From NCBI RefSeq assembly GCF_006345805.1, contig NC_042999.1, positions 153,264,001-153,328,000 of the forward strand: DNA of 64,000 nucleotides, read 5' to 3'. Both the position numbers and the translations under genes were made by a program. Source of the stretch: Octopus sinensis (taxonomy: Eukaryota). Position 1 is the stretch's first letter. Each line of letters starts with the position of its first letter. Positions 1 to 13,910 of this stretch are shown piece by piece. The notes under the pieces were generated by a model. The model ran no database searches. It had not been told where the DNA came from and saw nothing but the letters and a program-made list of their open reading frames with translations.

Positions 1-2158
1 TTTCCATTGTCACTTAACCCACTAATCCAATAATCCGACAATGTGGCTTGCCTGATTTGTGACCTCTGCTTTATGTTATGCATTAAACATATCACACCAG
101 CATCATATATTGTGAAAAATTGCTTACATTATTTTATTAATAAACAAAATGTGTGACACTGTAGTTAAGGTATCGGCTTCGTGGTCATAATGTTATGGGA
201 TCAGTTCCTGGAACAGGTAGTGCATTATGTCCTTGAGCAAGGGATTTCATTTTTACATTACTAAGCGGGAATTAACAAACAAAATGTTGGTTCAGCCCTT
301 TCTCATCATTATGCATTATGTAGCTTGTTATTCTCTTTAAGTGAACATTTTTCTGGTTGAAAAACACCGAAAAATGGCGACACAGCAGTCAAAAAATCAT
401 AAAAAATTGGGATTTTCGTAGAAAAAAAAGCACCTTTTTGATGTAAATAATTTTTGGTGTTAATATGGTTTGATTTGAATTTTATCTTCTACGGAATGAA
501 GAGCAAGCCTTCCTCTATCATGCTCTCAATTTTGGTCAACTTTTGCTGCAGGGTCTCAGACGAGATAATGTTAGTTGAAGGCTGCCAAACCTGCCATACA
601 CAGACAACTTCAGCTTTATATATATAGAGATTGACTATGCACCTACATGTGTATGTGGGTATACACGTAAGAACTCTAAATACATGATGGACAGAACAGG
701 AAGATGGTATTATTCTGTCAGTTGGTATCTGAATTATTACAGGAAAGTATAAAATGGGTGCCGAGATGGAGTGGCATATCTAAAAAGCAAACCATGCAAT
801 TTGTCAGCTTTTATGTATATTAGGGCCAGTTATGTGGCTGTTTTTCACATTCATGTTTACAAAAGCTCGTGGCTCTTCTCTCCCAGAGAAAAAAAAAAGG
901 CCTACCAAAAAAATCTTTTGAAGTCGGTCTCCCCAAAACTATTGTGGTGAAATGACAAAAAAAATATATATATATTGTACTCACACTTGGAGTTTTCAAG
1001 ATTAAAACGTGCAAAATATATGACTATATATATATAAATACTTACAGATGTATTTACATAAATACGATATATATATTTATATGTATATATACATGGTTTT
1101 GTATGTGCATACATGCACGTGTTTTGTATGGCTGTTCACAGATACAAAGCATATACAGAGATGTATGTGTGTGTGCGTGTATGTATTGCCACATATGCAT
1201 ACTTACTCACCATAGATATGTATACATGTGTTTTTATGCTTATGCATAGCTCTTGTACATATATTTGGTTTGCAGTTCCTTAACTAACATAATGACAACC
1301 ATTTGTGTAGTTTTATCTCTGGAGAACTATTGATCTTACCGTAGTCACTTAGAGTTGTTTCCTAGTTTACCATTTACACATTCTTCCATTTGATTCTAGC
1401 AACAAGTCCATATTGAGAGCTGGCTCTTTGAATTCCTTCACAGTTAGGCTACAATTGCGGTTTTCCAATTGGTCAATTGACCTAGTTATTTTCCTTTTTT
1501 TTTTTTTCATTTCTTATTTTTTTACCTATTCTTTTTATCTTGTCATTGAAGCCAAATCTCTGCTCATTTTGCAATCAAGATCCCTACTCTATAATATAAC
1601 TTGTCTTACACCAGCCACTGATTCCCCAAATACTGGATGATAATGGTCAATAATTTGGTGGGGGAGTTTTTCGGTACATTTTTTTATTGAAATCTGAAAA
1701 AAAAAAAAATCAACATAATAGTTATTTATTCTATATTTTTTAATCAATAAGACTAGAAGAATTATGGTCATAACCAGGCAACAGTTGAGCTTAGATTTTG
1801 TAACCAAGCAACCATGTTAGGAAGAAAAAAATTCAGTCAACTATTGTTAGTTTTTCTGTTCTAAACTAGATTGGTATCTGCCATTCTTAGATTTATTTAT
1901 TTATTTTTACCTCAATTTCCTTTGATCTACAATATCCACTTTTCCCTCCCTCTCTCCCTCGCACTTCTCTCTCCCTCTCTCTATTGCATTTTATTTTATC
2001 TAATTCCATCCATTTTTTTTTCACTCCTTTAGTTCTTATCTGTCTCCCCCCCCAACTCCTTTTCCACCTCTTCCACTTTTTTCTTATTCACTCCCAGCAC
2101 TTTTGTTTTTTCAGATTTTTGTCTAACCATCCTTTTGCTTTCCTTTGCCTTTCACTCT

Positions 2159-2167
2159 ATTTGTCTG

Positions 2168-2218
<51 letters not shown>

Positions 2219-2223
2219 GTCTG

Positions 2224-2260
<37 letters not shown>

Positions 2261-2319
2261 TTGTCTGTCTATCTATCTATTTGTCTATCTATCTATCTGT
2301 CTATCTATCTATTTGTCTG

Positions 2320-2368
<49 letters not shown>

Positions 2369-2375
2369 TTGTCTG

Positions 2376-2473
<98 letters not shown>

Positions 2474-2475
2474 AC
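2159..2475. repeat. (TCTA)n microsatellite
   Basis: Direct reading; source of the YLSI ORFs. Confidence 0.98.
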
Positions 2476-2821
2476 CACTCTGTATCTGTCCTTCTATCTA
2501 TCCAATATATATATCAATATATATACATATCATCATCATTTATGTCTGTTTTTTTCATGCTGGCATGGGTTGGATAGTTTCATCGCTCTCCTTATCATCA
2601 AACCAGCCCAGCCAACTCTGCGGCACTAGGAACATTCTTATACAAGAAAATTACAGGCTCCCTTCTACTACACGTCCGAATTTATTCATTCAAGAGTTAT
2701 GACCCTTCTAGACAGACAACCTATGAAGGTGGCTTACAGAGTCTGTGTCTCTTGTGTTCAATTCTGGTATCTTTTCTACAATTGGATGCCCTTCACAGTA
2801 ACAGAGAAGACCTATACAGAG

Positions 2822-3552
2822 TACATACATATATAATATATGTATACATGCATATATATGTATGTATATATGTATGTAAGTCTATGTGTGTGTGTATATA
2901 TATATATATAATGTGCATATATATATATGCGTATATGTATGTGTATATATATATATGTGCGTATATGTGTATATATGCATATATGTATGTGTATATATGT
3001 ATGTATATATGCATATATGTATGTGTATATATGTATATATATGCATATATGTATGTGTATATATGTATATATATGCATATATGTATGTGTATATATGTAT
3101 ATATATGCATATATGTATGTGTATATATGTATATATATATTTTGCACATTATATATATATAGATAGATACAGATACACACATACATAAGCATATATTATA
3201 TATATAATGTGCATATGTGTGTATGTATATATATACATGCATATGTATGTGTGTATGTATATATGCATGCATCTTGTCTATCTCTGTAGCTGTCTCAGAT
3301 ATCCAATCTGATATTAGTGTTTCACTTACAATGAATGTGGTTTTATTGCATTTTCCCCCCAACAGGTCTTTTTTGATTCCATGCAATATTTGACATTTTT
3401 ATGTAAACTCTTTCTTTCTTTGTTTTATTTTTCTTCTTCCTTTCTCTTTCTCATCCATTCCATTACCATGGTTACATGTTATGTTATTTCTCAGGGTTTT
3501 TGTCTTTGTATCTTTGTATGAATATGTTTACATCATTATGTATATATAATAT

Positions 3553-3602
<50 letters not shown>

Positions 3603-3760
3603 TATATCTATAATATATATATATATAATATATGTATATATAATATATATATAATATATGTATATATAATATATATATAATATATGTATATATAATATAT
3701 ATATAATATATGTATATATAATATATATATATATATGTATATATAATATATATATGCAGA
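2822..3760. repeat. Compound (TA)/(TG) microsatellite with a 32-bp higher-order unit at about 3011-3135
   Basis: GCATATATGT anchors at 3011, 3043, 3075 and 3107; (TA)-rich tract at 3540-3755. Confidence 0.9.
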
Positions 3761-5224
3761 CACACACGCAATGTGTATGTGTGTGTACATACATGTGCAT
3801 GCACACATGTACACATGTATCTCTCGAAAACTTTATAATCTCTTCATGTTGTCAAATTGTGAAATGTTGTACCAATATTGTCTTTTTTTTTTCCTTGTCG
3901 CTTTGTCTTGGTTGTGATTGTCGTTGTTGTTGTTATTTCATTATAATTTGTAATTCAACCTCATCAATCAAAGAACCAATCCTCACTGAAACCATTCTTT
4001 CATATTCTGGCAAGTCATTTTTCCTTCAATCATTAATCATTATTCACTGCTACTGTTGTATCTTCCATATTGGCTGATTGTTGTTGTTTAGTCTTCTTCC
4101 TGGTTTTTATATTTTGTGTTAATCACCCTTAATCATCCCATATAAAGGTTTTTTTAATTTTGTGTTAATCACCCTCAGTCATCCCACATAAAGGATTTTT
4201 TATTTTTGTTATTTCATTACTAGTGTTTGTCCCGTCATTTGACAACCAATGTTGGTTTGTTTACATTCTCATAAACTTAGCAGTTTGGCAAAAGTGCCTG
4301 GTTGAATAAGTACCAGATTTCAAAAAACGGAAAACGAATACTGTCATTGATTTGTTGATTAAAACCTTTTAGGTCAGTGCCCCAGCAGGACCTTACTCCA
4401 ATGACTTTTACAAGTAAAAACAATGTTTTAGAAATATCATAATCTCATTCCTTTCCAATTTCAATCGCTACAAATTCTTCTTCCCAACTTCTTTTTTAAA
4501 CCCTTCTATTTTCCACCCCCTTTCAATTATCAAACTGATCTGGCTCTATTTAATCAATATAATTTAATCATTATATAGGCTTTTGTGAAGATAATAAATA
4601 ATAATCCCTTCTACTAAAAGTACAAGGCCTGAAATTATGGGGGAAGGGACTAGTTGATTACATCAACCCCAGCGTTTCACTGGTACTTAATTTATCAACC
4701 CTGAAAGGGCAAAAGGCAAAGCCGACCTTAGCAGAATTTGAACTCAGATCATGCAGATGGGTAAAATTCCATTAAGCATTTTGCCCAGCATGCTAATGAT
4801 TCTGCCAGCTCACCACAATAATAATAATAATAATAATGCAGTATCAGACAATGGCTCTAATGGCTTCTGATCTTAACTGATTGGAAGTGTTATCATATAT
4901 ATTGTTTTACCTTAGTAGAAAAGATGGGCTACAGCAAATATTCTGCTCAATATCACAGATTTGCTTGTCAGTTCCTTGACTGAAGCTAGGTCAGCATGTC
5001 CCTTAGTGGTCAATGACAGGTGCATTCTAACTGGGCCCCAACAGCATTGTTATGCGCAGTTTATCTTGATATAATATCACCATGTCGCACACATATCGTT
5101 GTGATGCATGTGCCTGGTGTACCTTTATCAAACAGGTAGTCATGATGAGTATACTGGGCTTCGTATATTTTACCCCAGTGTCACTTTGATGGCATGCACT
5201 GCTCTCTCACTCAGTAATAATAAC

Positions 5225-5255
<31 letters not shown>

Positions 5256-5452
5256 TTAATAATGGTTTCAAATTTTGGCACAAGGCCAGAAAATTCAAGG
5301 GATGGGGTATGTCGATTGCATTGACCCTAGTGATCAACTGCTACTTCACTTTATCGATCCCGAAAGGATGAAACACAAAGCCATCCTTGGCAGAATTTGT
5401 CTCAATCATATCTAATTAAAAAATAGGATTCTTTAAACCTGAAATGAAGTGA

Positions 5453-5986
5453 CTCACAACAATTCTTCACTTATGAACCTCTTTGAGTACTAATTTATTC
5501 TGATGGAGCCCCCTTGCCATTCAAGTAGCTCACAACAATTCTTCACCCACAGATCTCTTTGAGTACTAGTTTATTCTGATGGAGCCCCCAAAACCATTCG
5601 AGTAGCTCACAACAATTCTTCACCCACAGACCTCTTTGAGTACTAGTTTATTCTGATGGAGCCCCCAAAACCATTCGAGTAGCTCACAACAATTCTTCAC
5701 CCACAGACCTCTTTGAGTACTAGTTTATTCTGATGGAGCCCCCAAAACCATTCGAGTAGCTCACAACAATTCTTCACCCACAGACCTCTTTGAGTACTAA
5801 TTTATTCTGATGGAGCCCCCATAGCCATTCAAGTAGCTCACAACAATTCTTCACCCACAGACCTCTTTGAGTACTAGTTTATTCTGATGGAGCCCCCATA
5901 GCCATTCAAGTAGCTCACAACAATTCTTCACCCACAGACCTCTTTGAGTACTAGTTTATTCTGATGGAGCCCCTATAACCATTCAA
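5453..5986. repeat. Minisatellite, 77-bp unit x7
   Basis: CTCACAAC anchors at 5453, 5529, 5606, 5683, 5760, 5837 and 5914; the unit is not a multiple of 3. Confidence 0.95.
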
Positions 5987-5993
5987 TGTTTAA

Positions 5994-6214
5994 CCCTTTA
6001 TCATTTAAACCGGCCATATCCAGCTAAAAGTATTCCGCCTGTTTTATGTTCAAACTGGCCAGATCTGGTCTCTCACACCAACCCTACAATATCGTTTTAA
6101 AAATTAACAGCTACCTCATCAAAGTCTCATAGCTACAAGATAATGCATGATTAGTTCAAAACAATGTGGATGAAAAAGCATTAATTTTGGCAGAATAATG
6201 CGAACACTAAAGGG
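5994..6214. mobile_element. piggyBac-like MITE (221 bp)
   Basis: TTAA-CCCTTTA ... TAAAGGG-TTAA. Diverged reverse copy at about 9209-9370 and a partial copy at about 10575-10640. Confidence 0.7.
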
Positions 6215-8444
6215 TTAAAAACTAATTTTATAGAAGCTTCTTTCAAAATTCCTTATTTTGTTTGTTGCACCTTCCCTCGTGTAGGTACAACTGTGTAAAA
6301 ACATTAGAGAAAGAATCCTAGTTGTTTCTTGCAATAAATACATCTAAAGCCAAAAATTTTTACTCGGTCCTTCACTATTTTACTTGCATGGACACCCCCC
6401 CTCCAAGAATCTTATATAAACCCCCAGAGCTCATATGGCCCCAGGTTGAGAACCACTGGTCTAAGACAGCAACATTTTCATAACCATCAACATTATCATC
6501 ATCAGTAGCAGCATCATTACCATTTTTTATCATCATGTAGATTACCGTTATCTTTTGGTGTATTCTAATTCCATTCTGCAGGAATTTATTTATTTTTAAT
6601 ATCCAAAATATTTAATATTCTCTCTGTCTCTCTTTCATTTTCTCTTTCACACACACACACACACACACACCACATTCTCGCTTTTTTTCTCTCTTTCTCA
6701 TTATGTCCTTCTTTCTCTCCCAATCGTCTGTTCCTCTTCTAATTCTATGCCATTTAGATTAGCAAGAAGAAAAATGTCAGCCCCCCACCCCACCCCACCT
6801 TTGGTCAATAAACTGGTTTTGTTTTTTTTTTATCTTGGAGAGATTAACTCCCTGACATTTAGAGACAAGTGATAAACTCGGCATTAATCTACTGGGCCCC
6901 TCCTCCTCTTTCTCCTTTACCTCCTCCTCCTCCTCCTCTCCTGATATATTTTACCAGGAAGTCATACAAGAAAATATCTCTTGTAATCACTCTTCACTCT
7001 GAGTGTCTTATTGGTCATTGTAGTCAGAGAATGATTTCCAAAATAGCACCAGCTTCAAATTGGAAAGAATTTGAAGCATCCTTAAAAAAATTCACTTGTG
7101 TGCTGTTTGTCTGTCTGTCTCTCTCTCCCTCCTATCTCTTTTTTAGAAATAACACATACACACACACACATCCATTATCTACATAATTTATTAATTTTAT
7201 TGTCTTGCTCTTCTTTTCCTCTTTCCCTCCTTTTAATTCTGCCTCTTTCTCTCTCTCTCTTCCTTCTCAGCTTTTCTTCCAGTTTATTCTTTTATCCTCT
7301 CTAACACACACACACACACCTATGTGTGTGTGTGGCGATACTGATATATATATATATATATATATATAGATACACATATTTAAGTTTACTTCTCTGTGTG
7401 TATGTATGTACACACAGTCACATTATAGCTGTGGTTGGAAATAACTCTGAATACAGGAAATCAGAGCCTTTCAGTTATAATTTATTAAAAAATACTCTAT
7501 ATGTGTATTGAGCCCTCTTATATACCTCTTCTGGAGAATAAACAAATCTCTCTCTCTCTTTCTCTCTCCCTCTCTCTATATATATGTATGTGAGTTGAGT
7601 GAAAGAAGAAAAATCTGGTTTCCTTTGATAAAATAATAAATTACTAAAAATAATAAACTTATTTCAGTTTCTTCTTTTAAAATATAAATTAACACTTGTT
7701 TTGACTTTAACAATAGAATGGCCCATAAAAGCAATTCTTTTCCAAAAATTAAAAATTTTCTAATTAGATACTGCTTCTGTTGTTGTTGTTGTTGTGCTCG
7801 TTACTGTAACAACTGTTTCTCGCCTTCTTTTCTGCTGCCACTGTAACCTTTGCCATTGTTGTTGGTGTTTCTCTTATTAATATTCTCCTTCTTAATATTA
7901 TTGTTGCTGTTTTTGTTATTGCTTATTTATGATCTTGTTAAACAATTGTCGTTATGCTTTTTGTTGTTGTTATTGTTGTTGCTTTCACTTACTACTACTA
8001 CTACTATCATCAGCAAGTATTGTTGTATCTTAATAGTAATAATAATAATAATAATAATACTTATGATAGTGCCAAGGCTACCTATTTTATTTGCTGTTGT
8101 CAATGCTGTTATTATTGCAGTTGTGGCTGACCATTATTGTCTTTTCATCAAAGTTCTTCATTGCTATGTTACTACCGTGATCACCACCACTTACACTAAT
8201 TATTACCTATAATACAATCATTATTCCTTGTAATGCTACTACTTAATGATATACCATTGTCATTAATATGGCTATGATTGTCTACCATCACCACCAAAAC
8301 CTTTCATCTCAACTATTGCTATCTCTACTTATCCTATTCTCTGTCCTTACGACACACACCTTAGTTCAATCATCATAATAATGTTTGCTGGCAGCATCAT
8401 TAAGATTAATTTTTGAATGTGGTGTTATTTATTCTAACTATTAG

Positions 8445-9140
8445 TATACTAGCTGAGGTACCCTGTAAAAATATTGCTGTTAATAAGATGTCTGTTGATA
8501 GCCACGAAACATCTTTTGTTAAATTTTAGTATTTTTTAAAAATTTAAAATCTATATTAATGGGTAGGACCAATTTGACAAAAAAAGGAGCAGATTCTGGT
8601 AGCAAACCCATGTTGTTATTTTTGTGCATGTATGCAAAATGGCAAAATGTTATGCTTTGGGATAGATTTCATCAAATTGGTGTCGCAACAGCTAGTGCAC
8701 AAAATGCCTAAATTTTGCTTGAGAAATAAAATGGTCTTACCTAATCAAAACCTGAAATGCTAGGGAATTTAAACAGCGAATTGAAATAAGTTTTAGCAAA
8801 TCAAAACAATTTGCGTTGAAATGAAGAATTAGCAAATGCTAAATAGATTACCCTTAATAAGATGTCGTATGATAGCCATGAAATATTTTTCATCAAATTG
8901 ATGTTACGAAGGCAATTATGAAAAATGCTGAAATTTTACGATTTTTGAAAAAAAATTGATGCTGATTAAAAATCGATTTTTTTTTTTTTTTTTTTTTTTT
9001 ATAATTCCAAGTGCATAAGTGACTGCATGGACATAAGCCCCACACATGTGTTAAGTTTCATAAAGGTCTGTTGGATAGTCTTGGAGGAGTTTAAGTAACA
9101 AATTCACAAACACACAGACTTCCCATTTATTATTATAGAT
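8445..9140 (+). mobile_element. Helitron-related (Lep1/DINE-like) non-autonomous element
   Basis: 5' TATACTAGCTG and 3' CACACAGACTTCCCATTTATTATTATAGAT, no TIR or TSD. A similar 3' end occurs at about 600-632. Confidence 0.45.
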
Positions 9141-12114
9141 TGTAGAAGAAGAGCTTGGATAGTTTATCTGCAAACATGAATTTGAAGTATTGACACTTCA
9201 TGTCTCCGTAACCATTTAGCATTCTGGTTACTACTGTCAAATGTGATGCTTATTTGTTGATGTTGTTTTGAATTAATTGTGCATTATCTTGTAACTTTGA
9301 CATTTTGATGATGTGATTGGATATGGTCAGTTTGAACATAAAACAGGTAGAATATTTTGGCTTAAGGCTTAAGGTCAAGAAATTTTGTTCTCAACTGCCA
9401 TATTTACTTAAGACCAAGATTGATATCACTTATTAACTTATTACTTTAGAGCTGTGACTGAATAAAAGACAGGACGGTCACATTTGGCATGGCACAGATC
9501 ATGAGTTTATTTGGCCAAGATAGGTTTATTCCATTCTAAAGTAACCGTGCCTCCCACAGAATACTAGCATGCACCAAACTTTTGGTTTCTTAGATCTACA
9601 AAGAAATTAACTAGTGGTGATCAGAAAAGAAGATTGAAAACATGTTTAGTTGTTAACTTCTTCTCTGGGAAAGTCAAAATATTTGTGGGATATTGTGCTG
9701 AATCTTTAATTTGGATTGACATCTGTCTGTCTGTTTACTTCCATATTGGTCAGTTGATCTATTTGTCTTTCTCTCTAGCTGCCTGCCTACCTATCACCTA
9801 CCTACATAACTGTCAATCTGTCTCTCTGTCTCTCATCTATATATCATGATATTGATCACACCACTGGTTACAAAGCACTTCCAACTTCTCACACTTACCC
9901 TACAATGTCAGTCTTTTAATAGACAACCACAACAACTTTGCCTTTATTTTTTCAGGGTAGATAAAATAAAGTACCAGTCAAGTAATCAACCATCTTAAGG
10001 TGATAGCTAGCAGAATCCTTAGCATGCCAGACAAAATTCTTCTAGCTTTACATTCTGAGTTCAAATTCCACCAAGGTCGATTTTTACATTTCATCTTTTT
10101 GGAGTCAATAAAATAAGCACCAGTAATGTACTGGGGTTGATGTAATCAACTAGCCCTCACCCCACAAAATTGTAAGCCTTGTACCTAGACTATAGCATCA
10201 TCATCGTTTAACATCTGTTCATGCTGGCATGGGTTGGATGGTTTAACCAGGGCTGGTAAACTGGAAGGCTGCACCAGACTCCAATCTGATTTGGCATGGT
10301 TTTCTATGGTTTGGTGCCCTTCCTAGTGCTAACCATTCTGAGAGTATAATGGGTGCTTTCACATGCCACCGGCATTGGTGCCATTTGCAATGGTATTTGC
10401 AATGACTGTGATTTTGCTCAGCTTGATAGGTCTTCTCCAGCACAACATAAAGCCAAAGGTCTTGGTCATTGCCTCTGTGAGACCCAACACTTGAAAGGAG
10501 TCCCAATCATTGCCTCCATGAGGCCCAAAACGTGAAAGTGGTTTCAGTCGTTGCTGTATGTCATTCTTTAATTAAGCAATTACATCATTGAAGTCTTAAA
10601 GCTACAAGGTAATGCATGATTCATTGAGAACTGAATTAGTAAACATTACAATTGAAGTTAACGACCAAAAACTTGCCTGAGGTGGGGTATTTTTTCTGCA
10701 GATCTACTTGAGAATTTGTTACCACTGATAGGGTAATGTGAATGCTAGTAGGTTAAAAGTATTACTGATATTATTTATGTTCTGAGTTTAAATCCAACCA
10801 CAGTTGACTTTGCCTTTCATCCTCTTGGGATTAATTAAAAAAAAATGTACAGCCAAATATTGGGGTCAATAGTATTAACTTAATTACCTCGTATTTCATT
10901 CATCACTGCTGCTCTGACAATTCTCTTATATCCTTCATACTCTTGTGTCTTACTAGTTAGTGTGCATGGTTCTGTGGTTAGGATAATCAGCTCAGGATCG
11001 TATGGTCATGGGTTCAATTCCTGGTGGAACATTGCTTCCTTGAACAAGAAACTTTATTTCATGTTGCTCCAGTTCACTCAGCTGACAAAAATACATCACA
11101 TCTGTATTTCAAAGAACCAGCTTTGTCACATTCAGTGTTATGCTAAATCTCCCTAACAACTACATTAAGGATATTCATGTCTGTGGAGTGCTCAACCACT
11201 TGCATGTTAACATCACAAGCAGAGTGTTCTGTAGATTGGATCGACTGGAACCCTCATCATCAGTAGCCCCCAAAGTGGGGGGTGTTTCCCCCCTGGGGGC
11301 AGTGGAAAGTTCCAAGGACGCATTGAACAAAAGTGGGGCAATAATGGGGGTAGTGTTTCATGTAAAGAGTGTGACAATAATGGGGTAGCGATTCATGTAA
11401 AAAGTGGGGTTCATGTAAAAATGGATTCATTAGGTTAAGTTTTGTTTGTGAAATACAGTTGCTTTGAATTTGCTTCAGAGAAAGGTTTATGTTTGTGACA
11501 GTTAGTTGGGGTGGGGGCACTAGGAATGTGGCCTGGGTGTCAAGGGGCCAGCTGCCTGAAAACCTTTGGGAACCGCTATCATTCTTATTTCTCTGTCTCT
11601 CTCCCCTATTATTCAATGATATGGTCTTTATTAACCATTCTGTTATTACCTTCTCTACTCTTACTATCATCATCATCACCATTGCTTCAGTATTGTTACT
11701 ACTAACACGAACAGTATTACTTATGTTAGTTGCTTATTATTATCACTAACCACTTGCCAGATACTACTACTACTATTATTACTAACAGAGTTTCTGTTAC
11801 TTGAAGCAAAGCACCATTTTATACTGCTACTACACACCAACACCACATTCATTATTATTATTATATTCTAGGTGGTAAACTTGCAAAATCGTTAGCACAA
11901 AATGTTCTGAGTTCAAATTCCACTAAGGCTGATTTGCTTTTCATCCTTCCAGGGTTGATGAAATAAGTCCAAGTGTTGAGCGCTGGGGTTGATGTAATCA
12001 ACTAGCTCCTTCCACCTTGTGCGCATTGTAGAAAGAATTATAACGAATCAGCAGAATCTTTAACCATTTTATTGCAGAAATCAGATATACCCATTCAAAA
12101 TAATGAAGTTAGAA

Positions 12115-12830
12115 ATCATCACCATCGTTTAACGTCCACTTTCTATGCTAGCATGGGTTAGACGATTTGACTGAGGTCTGTTGAACCAGGTGGCTGCACC
12201 AGGCTCCAATCTGATCTGGCAGAGTTTCTACAGCTGGATACCCTTCCTAATGCCAACCACTCCGAAAGTGTAGTGGGTGCTTTTACGTGCCACTGGCATT
12301 AGGGCCAGTCAGGCGGTACTGGCAATGGCCATGCTCAATGGTGCTTTTTATGCGCCACCTGCACAGGAGCCAGTCCAGCGGCACTGGCAATGTGTCACTA
12401 GCACAGGAGCCAGTCAGGCAACAGTGGCAATGGCCACACTCAAATGGTGCTTTTTACGTACTACCGGCATGGGTGCCAGTCAGACAGCACGGACATTGGC
12501 CACACTCAAATGGTGCTTTTTACGTACTACCGGCATGGGTGCCAGTCAGACAGCACGGACATTGGCCACACTTGAATGGTGCTTTTTACGTACTACCGGC
12601 ATGGGTGCCAGTCAGACAGCACGGACATTGGCCACACTCAAATGGTGCTTTTTACGTACTACCGGCATGGGTGCCAGTCAGACAGCACGGACATTGGCCA
12701 CACTTGAATGGTGCTTTTTACGTACTACCGGCATGGGTCCCAGTCAGACAGCACGGACATTGGCCACACTTGAATGGTGCTTTTTATGTACCACCACTAT
12801 GGGTGCCAGTCACATAATATTATAGTAAAG
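12115..12830 (-). mobile_element. Retroposon family A with (ATG)n tail and internal modular repeat (other copies at about 10195-10535 in the same orientation; 18345-18460, 18650-19105 and 21980-22295 in the opposite orientation)
   Basis: Shared block CATCATCGTTTAACGTCC..ATGCTAGCATGGGTT..CAGCTGGAT.CCCTTCCTAA.GCCAACCACTCC and module GTGCTTTTTACGTGCCACC. Confidence 0.75.
12431..12812. repeat. Minisatellite, 66-bp unit x about 5.8, inside retroposon family A
   Basis: TGGCCACACT anchors every 66 bp from 12431 to 12761; explains the repetitive ORFs 12277-12825 and 12287-12817. Confidence 0.95.
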
Positions 12831-12991
12831 ATCCTTGGTGAATTGATCCTGTAGACAGTTTGCAATCATTACCAGTAACTCAGTAAAGTTTTGTGAGGTT
12901 GTTTTTTTTCCCTTCATTCCACTGTTTGAAATCAATACTGCCAGTGAATGAAGCATTTATCTTACCTTCTTCATTAATGATACATACATTC

Positions 12992-13100
<109 letters not shown>

Positions 13101-13599
13101 GATGTGAATGTATACATGTTGATGGGTGTTGTGTGTCATTGAGAAATTATTGTTGTGGTTGCTATGGCCACAGCAACTCAGCTGTAGTGTAGAGAGACAC
13201 ACACACACACACACACACACACGTTCAACCTCTCAACATATCCTGTGGATTTATGATTAATGAGTTCCATTCTCTGAACTAATCTACTGCTAACTCTGCT
13301 CTTACTAAAAACACACACTGTGTGTGTGTTTATTTATGTGTGCTTGTGTGGGCAGAATACAATTTTAGTTTTGATATATGAGTGAAAAAAAAACAAGCCA
13401 CATGCATCAGATGAATAATTTAGGTAATGGTCTATAAATGAAGCTGAGAGGAAACTATTGTCCCTTGTCATAATTGATAGCTAATTTATGGTTAAGGACA
13501 ACTCCTTTGTCAAGAATATCAAACGTGATGACGGTGGTGGTGATTTTCATTTTCTGCTTTTGTTTGAATTAATTTTCCTATTCTACATTGGGTGGAGTA

Positions 13600-13910
13600 G
13601 TTAAAGCAATTATCCCTACTGTTAGACGTCTTTCCTATCACTAAAATATTCAGTTATGATCCAGGACAATAGATCTGCTGGTCTACTGTATGGCTGGTTT
13701 ACTTCAGTGGTCATTGGCCTGTTTGATCAAGATTGCTTGCTGACCTGCAGCTATACAACAGTAGAATATTCTTCATTAAAATTAGAGTGCATCTTGTTTT
13801 TGTCAGTCAGGGAAATCGAGCAAGTATTAAAGTACCTTGATCATGAGACAACTGCAGAAGCTGTTGTCAGGTTTAAATTATGTACCTTGCACGAAGGCCA
13901 TCGGCAGTGG
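13600..13910 (-). mobile_element. Highly decayed CR1/L2-like reverse transcriptase fragment
   Basis: Minus-strand pieces HDQGTLILARFP.LTK and DLLSWIITEYFSDR resemble the RT motifs LD.G....VF.D..KAF and LL.WI..YLSDR; multiple stops. Confidence 0.3.

Noticed and set aside
5453-5986. CRISPR-like appearance of regularly spaced repeats
   Set aside because: There are no unique spacers (whole units repeat), no cas genes, and the context is eukaryotic.
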